DNA from: Atractiella rhizophila
Lineage: Eukaryota
Length of the DNA stretch: 64,000 nt
Direction of reading: 5' to 3'
Assembly (NCBI GenBank): GCA_021432655.1
Contig: MU271230.1
Coordinates: 62,001-126,000, forward strand
Both the position numbers and the translations under genes were made by a program. The stretch's first letter is position 1. Each line of letters opens with the position of its first letter. This document shows positions 39,031-49,924 of this stretch, in pieces. Below the pieces are notes generated by a model. It saw only the letters and a list, made by a program, of their open reading frames with translations. It was not told the origin of the DNA and ran no database searches.

Positions 39031-40314
39031 GGTCTACACCGGTCAGACTTCATTTGCTCAACCCAAGGATGGCTGGAGGAAGCTGGGGAGCAGTTGGAGT
39101 ACGGGAAGAATCATGAAGGATATTGGAATGCTGAGAAGCTGGCTGAGCAAGTCGGCATTCTTTCCTTGGGGTTGTGCTCTTGTCAATTGATATGTTCAGG
39201 TTGAAAAAAAGTTCATCCCGGTTTTTGAACGGTTACATTCGGAAGACCAGACACTTGTCATTTTCGATAACTTAACCGGCCATGCAGCTCTCGCAAAGGA
39301 TGCCCTGAACACCAAGCATATGAATGTTAGTTCTGGTGCGTACTTTCTTTACCAGTCTTATTTTATGGCATTGCTTATCTTTTACCAGGTGGGGCACAAG
39401 CAAGGCTGAGGGACTGCTGGTGGGTGGATGCAACCGGGAGAAGACATGTCCAGCGGATGGTTTATGATGATGGAACTAAGGGATGAGGGTTGTGTTGGAG
39501 GAGAGAAACTTGTGGTTGCCGGGACTGCGGGGGAAGTGTAAGAAAGTTGCTGACCATCGTGATGATCACAAGTGTTGTGCCGGTAAGCTTCTTCCTTTGA
39601 TTTTGAAAGTTGACTTACGTCTGTGTTAGAGAGATGGCTTGCAGCACAGCCAGCTCTCCTGAAGCAGAAGCCATTTGTGCAAGAGATTCTGGAGCGGAGA
39701 GGCCATTGTGCAATTTTCCTCCCAAAATTTCATTGCGAATTAAATTTTGTTGAGTTTTTCTGGGGAGCAATGAAACGATATATCAGAGGTAATGGCAGGC
39801 TTCCACTTATCTGCTTTGTGACTGACATATGGAACAGAGAATTGCGACTATACCTTTGAAGGATTGAAGTGAACGGTTCCAGAAGGTTTGCGGTCAGTAC
39901 CATTGTCAACAATCCGTAAATTTGAGCACCGGAGCCACCGCTGGATTCAAGCCTACAAGGAGGGGAAGAGTGTGATTGATTGATACTGAATATCAACAGA
40001 AGCAGTACTCTTCACATCGCAGGATTCCTGAGGCTCGAGCAGCTCGGGAAGATCAATAATTTACAATAAAGCAGATATATTTGCGTCATAATTAGAGTCC
40101 CATAATTTCCTTATATACAAATAGTAAATTCATCTAACCCACTCTTCTTGACCGCGACAACCTCGTTCCTCAGCCTTATCAAGTCTGGCCAATTCTGGCC
40201 AACGACAAGTGAGCAACAAAAAAAAAATAATTAGAAATTTGGAATGACTCGTCATCAACTGTCATCAACGAGTCATGGTTTGCCACAGTGGTTGCGACTA
40301 GCCGACCTTCACCA
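36331..40314 (+). mobile_element. Tc1/IS630-like transposon copy 2 (5' part mirrored)
   Basis: 39031-40316 is highly similar to 33264-34547. The left TIR reads leftwards from 38987 and TA is present at both ends. Confidence 0.88.
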
Positions 40315-40621
40315 TACGCAGAAGAATACGGAAGGTCATCGCAGAAATTGTCATCAAATTGCAGCATTGTGCTCACTTCGCATATGTTCTGGTTATTTTA
40401 TTGCCAATAAACTAGCAAGGCGGCATGAAATTGATTGTGGATAATTTTAGGTCTCTTCTGCAAAGTTACCAATGCACACCACGGGTGCAACAAAGTCTCA
40501 CAGAGATCGGTGGCAAAACCGGCCATTTCTAAGCCTAGTAGACGACTTTTATTTAGGGAGGGAGGGCGAAGATGGGACTGAACTGCTTGAATTTCCGATA
40601 CAACATCCAGGCACTGTGTTT

Positions 40622-42378
40622 TCAAATAAAGCGGCCCAACAAGGCAAGGGGATTCGGCTGGCCAGGTCGAGGACAATCGGTCTCTGTGGTTTGGCAGCCA
40701 AGTTGGAATGGCCACGGCCACGACTCGCCGGCTTGAGGGGACGTGTCACTGATGGAGCTCTGTGTAGGGCGAAGATGGAGCGTCTGCTGAGAGGGAAATT
40801 CGAATGGCCACAACTGCGTCATTTGGAGGGAGGTGTCGCTGAGCGAGCTCGGAGCAGGGTGGAGATGGAAAGGCTGCTCAGAGGTAAGTTGGAATGGCCA
40901 CGTGGATACATCCGCCTCCATAGATAACGATGCAGCTGAACCGCTTTGTGTGCATGAATCGAGGCTGCTGATATTGCAGTCAAAGGAGTTAGGGTTAACC
41001 CCTGCTGAATCGGAGATGAAGGCTAGCATGTCTATTATTTTCTGTGAGTGAATGAAGGCGAGCGGAATGCTCGTCGCACCTCTGGATCCCGACCCACCAC
41101 CTCCTGCATTTTGCTTCCTGCCCCCCCTTGCGGAAAGTAACACCTCTTTCATTACCTCTAACAGATCCGCATTCTCCCTCTTCAAGCTTAACGTTTCTTT
41201 TTCCAATTCTTTCATTTTCTCTTTCATGACGGTGTCCGGCGACACAAATGAGGCGACCACTTGAGCAACGAGCCGTTGTAGATCAGGTGCTGCCGTTGAG
41301 TCAAATGACATATTCGAGTGCACAGTTGGGGGCAATGATGGATGTCTAGGTTGGATATGGGCAGGTTTCTCGACGCAACCCGTAGTAGGGTGGGAGAATA
41401 TGTTCGAATCCAGCCCCATTGTGGCGGATAAGGCAGGGGGAACAGTAGCGAGGGAAGAGTCAGTTGCATCTGACACTGGGGCAATGAATCGTCGGAGATT
41501 GAGTGTGAGCGAATCGAATGAGGGGTTGGGAGCAGCGGTTGAGAGCGGTGCTGGCGCACCACATTGCATGGGGAACACTTCCTCGATGCACCCCGTCTCG
41601 CAGTGGGAATCCGCTTCAGTCACGACAGGTAAAGGTCGTGCTACAGTGTTAACGGGGTTGTCTTGCTCTTCGTGTTCGATATGGAATCCGCATCCGTTTA
41701 AGTTGGCCGTAGGATGACGGCAGAGTCGTGACTGCGAGTGATCCCCCATGGAAAAGGAATGGATGGACTGGTTAACATCAAACGAACATCCAGAAGGCCC
41801 ATCGCCGTCGTCACATCCATTGTCTTCTTCCAAGCTCTTTCCAGATGTTACGACCTTTTCAGGCACCTCCAACAGATCCAGACTCTCCCCCTTCAAGTTT
41901 GAATTTTCTCGTTCTAGCTCCGTCAACTTCTTCTTCAGGTCACGGAGCTCTGTCTTCATCTCGCGAAGTTCTGCATAGATGATTAGCGACATCATTCAGA
42001 AAGGTTGAATTACCAGAATCCTGAATATACACAAGTCTCGGCCCGTCAGGGAGCATACACTTATCCTCTTTCCCCCTCCTGCTTCCTGCTCAGTACAGGA
42101 AGGTCATTTCGAAATTCCACTCACATTGAGCAGGTAGCACACGGCGTGATGATCGCTCCAGAATCGTCAATCAGCTTGACACATTTTCTTTTCATTCTGT
42201 GGCACTCCTGTTCCTCGAGTTACCATCTTTAACCTCAACACTTCTGTCCACGTACATCACAGCTGTCACCAAATGTCAGGATGGTCCATCTGCTACTGCA
42301 ACGTATGAGACATGCCTCAACTGGCGTTTCGGATTGTGCTTTGCAACCCCTGTTGACAAAGTGTCGGGAAGGCGACAT
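40622..42378 (-). CDS. Zn(II)2Cys6 transcription-factor-like protein with coiled coils
   Basis: Removing GT-AG introns 42255-42208, 42124-42079 and 42013-41971 gives CDECHRMKRKC-x12-CATCSMRGKEDKC, fused in frame to the 457-aa ORF. Confidence 0.75.
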
Positions 42379-43076
42379 TGGTCTCCCTTGCCTCGCCTAT
42401 GTCGCACGCTCAGTTTTCAATATAATTAAAACCTTCACTCACGTCACACACGGCCCACAGGGGAAGGGCTACAATGTAGGTTAGTCACAGCCCAGCTCAG
42501 AAAGGAGGCAATACTTTGTTGCATTTCACCTTCCGTCGTCTACACTCCTACAATGTCCAATGAACCCCGCCTTATTATCTGGGGATATCAGACCTACCGT
42601 GCAACTAGCAGGAGACTATTCAGTAGCGTTGTGGATTGGCTTGAAGACAGACACACCTCAATGCAGGTTTGATCTTTTTCCTTTTCCGGCTTGCTGCAAC
42701 CTCTTGTCTCTGCATCATCATCTCCTTCTCAAAGAGGGACTCAGGATTGCGTTTCGAGGGATTGGTCTTAAAGTAGGAATCGCATTCTCAACCTTCTTCC
42801 AAGGTTGAGGCTAGAACTTCGAACCTGAAGCGTGAGGCCTCTTTTAATTGGATTAAAAACAGTCCGTCGCTGCCGCCGGGATGTGCTCCATTTGAAAATC
42901 AATTGGAGCCCATCAAACGGAACCGATCGAATGTGGCTTTCAGGATGTGACCGAACGCGAAGGCCACAATCGTGCGCTAAATCAAGTTTAGAATAAACCT
43001 GTCAAAAGAAGGTTTATGTATGAAACTGCAAATCTTGATTTTGAAATTGATTCAGGGCACAGAATCGCCTCACCTA

Positions 43077-43616
43077 CTTTGTGTTACCCAGAAACTTAAC
43101 GGACGAGCCCCGAAATTCAAATAGATCTTTAAAAGCACCATTTCGTTCCTATTGTGCATACCAGCAGCACAATAACACCTGGAAAACCTCAGTGCAAGTC
43201 GAGACTAGCATACAAGTTTTTAGAAACGAGGATGTCTCTCTGCTGAGATAAAACACTTCTGGATCCGAACTAGCGGCACTCAAGTTCTGCATTTTAATAG
43301 CTGGCCTTCAGTCATTCGTAAATGGATGGGGAAGTCACTTCCAGAAACGCTGATTTTGTCATTTCTCTAGAATTTGAGCGGGAAAATGTGTTGAGCGCGA
43401 ATATTCCCTTGGGAAAACACTTGATAAGACAACTCCCTATTTTCATTAATATCAAGAAGGGAATGCAGCTGAGTATCTGCATGTTGGGAGACAAGAGTTA
43501 CATATTGAGTCAGGAGATTCTAAATCCAGAATATCTAAGGGATTGATGAGAATTTAAATGACTTTAATATATGGTGTTAAAGTTCTGGTTGTATTAAAGT
43601 TCTGGGTATCACATAG
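43077..43616 (-). mobile_element. Non-autonomous pogo-family element (MITE, ~540 bp)
   Basis: Ends CTTTGTGTTACCCAGAAACTTAAC and TTAAAGTTCTGGGTATCACATAG resemble the pogo TIRs and subterminal sequence. TA on the left, CA on the right, no transposase. Confidence 0.75.
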
Positions 43617-44042
43617 CATTGCAACAGAATGTTGAGGTGTCTGGACATTTGCTGAAGGATCCATCAGGCCAGCCGGCCAAGAATATTTTCTTGTATGAGT
43701 CACATTATTTTGAGTTTGGAAGCCCAAAGCTTCTCAACTCATCCCTCTTTCCACTGTATGCTGTTATGTTCTTGATACTTACCTCTCTTTCCTTCCTCCT
43801 CCACTCGTCCTTTTTTTTTGCTCCTTAGTATCCTTCCTCCATTCCTTTGCTTCTTGCAATTGTTGTAGTTCCCATCTCCCATCTCCTATCTCCTCCCCTA
43901 GTCAGCCCTAACAACAGCATTCTCAATTAAGGGGAAATCATCCAAGTTCTTCCTCAACGTGGTAGTGATTAAGCACCATGGTGTAGGAAGGGTGTTGTGG
44001 CCGCATCCTGTGTCACCACTGAAGAGTATTGATACCCCATAA

Positions 44043-44250
44043 TTGATATCCTCACTGGATCAGATATTTCGCCCCTCCTTTCAACGTTTACAATGGATGA
44101 TCGACTGTTCCGACACAGAAGCTGCTGCAATTGCTCAGGTGTTTCCAACTGCAAAGATCCTTTTCTGTTACTGGCACCTCCTCAAAGTCTGGTTGCACAA
44201 TCAAAGGACAAGATCAAGCCACTTCAAAAAGGAAGAACCAAGCAACAACT
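44043..44250 (+). pseudogene. MULE/Mutator transposase fragment
   Basis: WMIDCSDTEAAAIAQVFPTAKILFCYWHLLKVW fits the D..E..AI..VFP...CxWH signature. Confidence 0.7.
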
Positions 44251-45199
44251 CGAGCTTGAGGAGAGGAGGTGTAGCCAGGTGGAGCACAGTTTTAGACCAG
44301 GTCTTACCCCTGACATAGCCATAAATTGGTATCCCCTGAATGACGGACACAAAACGAGTTAGAATGAAAATCATATTCTAGAAAAAAGAGCAAAGCGAAG
44401 AAGTAATTGTGCAGATAACACATTCTACCATTCTTCTACATTTTCACTGGTGTCCGACCAATCATCATTTGTTTTGAAGCTTGACAGTGTGCCACTTATC
44501 TCCTCATCCACTGCTTCCTCGATCAATGGCATCACAATCTCATTCCAATTCCGGTGCATTCCAGGGGAGTCCCAGTGATCAGCCACCTTGTGATGATCAT
44601 TGTAAGTTCCTTGTGCTGTTCCCTGAGATCTCCCTCAATCTCTTCTAATTCTCTACAATCATACCTCAAGAGGGAGGTTCTGCTTATGTCTGGGAGTGGT
44701 CAACAGGAAGCTGGCATATTGACACCCGGACAGAGGGCTGGACTGATCTTGCCCATCTCAACAACAAAGCAAAGGTCCTGGTCTTTCATCCGACCATCTG
44801 CTATCTGTGAAGAGGGAGTAGGACCTTGAGGAGCGAAGCCAATTTCTTGATTCATACCAGCTCATTGGAACTTATTCAATCGACATGTCTCCGCTTTCCT
44901 CCAACATCTTCTGTCCCTCTGTCGTGAAGGCACTGTGCCACCAGGTGCTAGAGACCCACACTCAACAGATGGCTGGGAATAAGAAGGGAAACTGGCTTGT
45001 AGACTGGGAAACAATGTGGACAACTTAATTGGTCAATGATATGGTGAAGAAATGGAAGAAAAATAAAGAGAGGCAACTATTCTTGGCTCTCCAAGTGTTA
45101 GAATATAGGAAAATTGTTAACCGAGTCCTTGACAGAGAGGTATGCTATTCTGTACTTATTTTAAAGTCTATGGGTTACAAGTGAAATGTAGATTAACCA

Positions 45200-47390
45200 A
45201 GGAGCCATTCCCACTGGGCTTTCCCCTCTATGTTTCTCCCAATGCCAATTATGACCATTTACGGCAAAAAAACATTTCTGACTGTCTGGAAAATTTGTCG
45301 TTGATCCTCTCCTTGTCCTAACTCCCGAATGCTTTCCTGGCTATAATATAGAGAAATGTCCGGTCAAAGGCTGCATGGCGAAGGTTGAAAAGCAGGGGCT
45401 GGGGGGCAACTGGCTATCTCTCAGTTTATGGGCTATCATACAATTTGAAAGCAATTGGTTGTTCTCTCAAATGTCAGACTCATGGCAAATGGAGCACAGC
45501 CTCTCCTGACTTTCGGAGGAAATTTCAGCCATATGAATTAGGTATCGGCCTATTTTTTAAAATGATTTAATAAACTCATGACTAAGTTTCTTGTATAGAA
45601 GGAATACCTTACTTCCGGGAGTCAGCAGCTGTCACTCGAGAGCTGTTCAACTTTATTACAAACAAGTTTGGCAACAGTATGCTATTGAAGAACAGATTCG
45701 TACAGATGACATTTTGGCCCTTTCAAGCCAATCTTGAAGCAGTTCCCAGCTGTTTTAGTTCCCGACCTAACTATAAAAGATGATGCAATTAATCCCTCTC
45801 CATCATCTGACCTCATCAAGATGATCTATGAACACTGGTGTGAGCGTGGCCCGGAAAGCAACATGTATTTGAAAACCCTTACCAGTATGTATTTTGGTTT
45901 ACCTTGGCTTCTATCCTGACAAACAATCAGGTCTTTCATTATGCCTCAATGCAACCCTCAAGGTCACCAAGAAAGCAACGTTACTCCACTATTAAGGAGG
46001 CTAGTGGTCGTCAAAAAGTACAAGTTACAAATTATTTTTTGGTGGGGATTGTTGACAATGGTAAATGTGGACTGAGAACTTGTGGAATACGTAAGTTATA
46101 AGGTTGTTTTCATCTGTGGATTCAAAGTCTTATAATAGCAATCCAGGAATTTCTTGTTGGAAACTCATCACTCGAGATGGGTCCACCACTTCAAGATTTT
46201 GCTCAACGTGCACAGCTACTTGGAGTCAATTTCGAAGGTAGTGGTAGGCATGTGTTGACCTCTGCTGTCAACATAGGAACAGTATCCTTCTCTATATGCC
46301 CGAACTCTGGATTGGTCAGGATCTAGCTCATCTCGAAATGTGTGTCTTTGAAACAATTCCTCATGTCAATCCAGCACGAGCAGATTTTGTTGTGGCATTT
46401 CGAGAGGCAATCTTGCAGAAGAAGGCAGACTTGCAAGAAGGCAGACTTGCACGGTGGGGTTGCTGAGTATTATTCAGTTGAAGAAAGCTTGGAGCGGCTT
46501 ACGAAAGTTGAAGACAAGTTCAAGCAGAATCCTGATCTTTGGAACAAGTGCTGTGCCACATTCGAGCTTTAAAAAGGTCACATTGCGAAGGGATGCCTTA
46601 TTCCAAAGCATCAGCAACTCCCGTTTACGACATCAAATAATGAAAACTGGCATAATGCAGCTAGCGAGCCATTTTGTGGATCAGCTTCTTCTCTTACAAC
46701 TGTTCTGAGTGTCCTTCCCAATATCTTCTTACGCAAAAACCTCCTTGTCAAAATTAAGAACCGCTCTCAGCCAGCTGACTCACCATCACAAGCATTTCGG
46801 AAGAAGGTTATTGAGGCTGGTACCCACCACATCTTTCTTGTGGATCGGAATCTTCGCCTGGAAGAAATCTTATACTCTTCAAGCCGGCCTAAACTGCTGG
46901 ACGTCTTTTCGAAGCACGAGTTTGGATTGGTCAAGCGTGAAAAGCAGTATGTTTTCTGTACATGCCATTGGGAGTAGTATATTTATTAATATTCCATGAG
47001 TTTAGATTTACAGGAGTTGACCTAGATCGCTATAAAGCGAAGCGAAAGGAGCTCCTCCAAACTCTCAAACCAGATGATATCGAACACCCCGAAGTGATTG
47101 TTATGGCTGTCATGAATGGAACGGTTGTCATGAATGGTGAGCTTCCTGTGGACTCTGATGTTGAAATGGAGGTGTTTCCGAAGGCTGTAAGTCTTCTCTT
47201 TCCCAGTCTTCTCAACATGAGAATATCTTCATATTGAGCTGTTATAGAAACCTGAGAATACTCCTTTACAACATTCTGCGATCAGTTCATCTTGCTTGCC
47301 AGAAAAGCGCATGGCAACCCAATTGGATAGTGAGGAGGATGATGCCACTACTACACTCACCATCTCCTCCAAACGCCCTCATCTAAATCG
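45200..47390 (+). pseudogene. Degenerate multi-exon gene of unknown family
   Basis: Series of short + strand ORFs separated by intron-like GT..CTRAY..AG stretches. No recognisable domain. Confidence 0.3.
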
Positions 47391-47410
47391 ATAATTGATG
47401 TACATGAATT

Positions 47411-47768
47411 GTGTGTTTTGTCCTCCGCTTTTTTTAATATTTGCTCGTTCTCAATACACATTATACGTCGTTGAAGCTACATCTCAGGCCTCCCATTTGC
47501 GCCACTCACGTCTAAAATGCGATGGATAATGGCGAAGCAATGAGGAGTTGCGTTTTTTGATGTATATGAGGTGCGTATTTTGTCCTCCGCTTTTTTAATG
47601 TTCACTCGTTCCCAATATACATTATACGTCGTTGAAGCTACATCTTACGCCTCCCATTTGCGCTAATCACGTCTAAAATACGATGGATAATGGCGAAGCA
47701 ATGAGGAATTGCGTTTTTTGATGTATATGAGGTGTGTGTTTTGTCCTCCGCTTTTTTAATGTTCACTC
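47411..47768. repeat. ~161-bp tandem repeat, ~2.2 units
   Basis: TTTTGTCCTCCGCTTTTTT recurs at ~47416, ~47578 and ~47739 with conserved intervening sequence. Confidence 0.9.
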
Positions 47769-49924
47769 ATCGTTATTACATGTTATACAGGGCAACAACA
47801 GCATCATATACGTTGCGTTCAAGCGACTTAACAGGAAAACACATTGGGTATTGATGCGGAAGGTGCGATCACATTTCAAGTTTCAACATACCCATATCTT
47901 TATTTATTTATTTATTTTTGCTTGAGAGACAGACACATTCCTTTTCATAGACACTGGATCAGTCTAAATTATGTCCATGATGAATCATTAATCATTACTA
48001 CATTTTTGCATTCCATAATATTCGATGGCGACCACTTTTGTGTTTGCAGCCCGATGCGGCGCAAATCTCCCCGAAATTGAGTGCAAAACCCTAGCCGCCT
48101 GCGCAAACCAAGAGAAAAAAGTTTTGCGCTCTGATTTTGAGGAGATTTGCCCACAAAACTTGCCTAACTTTTGGACCAGTTTTAACGCCGACGGACGCCG
48201 ACCCTCTGGGCGACAGGGTCTATCTCTTCGGCCTTCCAAACAAATGTCCTTTGACAAGACGGATCAAATGAACATCAAGAAAGTAGAGGCTTTGAACATC
48301 GTCAATACTACAGCTATGGATGATGTGGGTATTCAATTGAATTGGTCAAGTGGCAGATCTGCTTGCTCATCCAAACTTCAAATAGGGCGTGTTGGGATCG
48401 CAAGGTATGACAGAGGGAATGAAGAATAAAGTGGTCGCGGTGACAAAACAAGTGCTCGAATCATGCGGGCCAGAAGATAACGAAAGTGGCTCTATTTCTT
48501 CAGGAGATTGTGCTCTAAAACTGCGTTGAATTTAATGGCAACAGGTCGCCCAGGTGATAGTTGGACGCATTGCCGACAACGAGGAATTTAAGGGAAACTG
48601 GCTTGTCATTACCAGTCCACAAGCTAAAGGTGCTCTACGTTACCGTATGTGTTTACGGTCTGTCATATAGTAACCCTCACCCGACTTGTGGTTGTAGCTC
48701 CTGCAAAGAGCATGAGTTACCGGGTTAAAGGGGAAGACTTTGTGAGACATTCCATCCTGTCTTTCTCCTTTTCGTCGAACGTCATGTGTTGGCATTCGAT
48801 TTTAGTTATTGGTCAAGATCGCCTAGTCTCGCACAAGAAGGGATCCCCCCGTCACAATCTTACGCATAGCAGCGCCAACAAGTGTAATTGTGCCCACCAA
48901 ACAAAGTACCAATGCAAAAACTGTGCCAATAATGCTACGATTACTTCAATCTATCATCTTTCATCCAAAGCAACATAGGTGCCATGTCAGTTCTCATTCC
49001 TCTACTAACCGGCCGTGGTAATCAGAATTGTGAGTGTGTTTACTAACTCTCTATTATGTTCTTCCTGACGCCCCGTTACGTGTTAACAACCAGTTTTCTG
49101 TACCCACACTGATCAAGGTGTCGTTAGCATATCGATCGTTTCAGATCTGCTCACCTTGCCACGCCGGAACAATCTCTTAACCCCCGACCTCCGATGTCAC
49201 AGTTATCTCGACTCTCCCTAAACTACCTTAGGTAGACATCGCCCCGTACGGCAACTGAACCCAAGAACAGGGTCTTTAATCCCTTTTAACTTGGAATGTG
49301 GATAACTTAATCTTCACATCAGTGGACTGATCTTGGGCTGGATGTGTCCCAGAGGCTAGCTGCGGGAGTTCAAGATTCTTAGTGGCAGGATCCACGAAGG
49401 ATTCTCAAGTGCGGGATGGATCTCTGTTCTTGCGATGCTGCCCCACAATTGTTGGGCTGATGGAATGCCACTGCTGTGCTACAATTGTGCAGCTGCCTCG
49501 GCAGTCATTTTGGACTACTTCATGAGAGGACTGAGGTACACGTTCACGAGTTCCATCCATGGCCAGGGTGGACGTACGTGGCACAGCAGGGATTCCAAAT
49601 AGCCTTCATACGTATTGTGAAGGATAGATGGATAGCCGTGCTCTCCGTGAAGCTGCATATGAGGAAGCGGCAAAAATAACTTGTGATGAGCTCTCGAACG
49701 CGATTTCCAATTGACGATCCTAAGGCTTTGTCTCCTTGTTCTTGGCAAAGCTACCAGGCCGACCCAAGCCATGATTCATTTAGATTGCATCTAATAACCC
49801 GCAGAGAAGCGCTGATGAAATGGTCTTAGGAAACATTGACTTCAGAAATTTTCTTCTTCCTTCAGCCACCTCCAGCCTTGTACTTCAGCAACGGCATCGC
49901 AGTCAAATTTCTCACTTAACCCAC

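Noticed and set aside
47411..47768. CRISPR-like array
   Set aside because: Whole units are repeated with no unique spacers, the context is eukaryotic and there are no cas genes.
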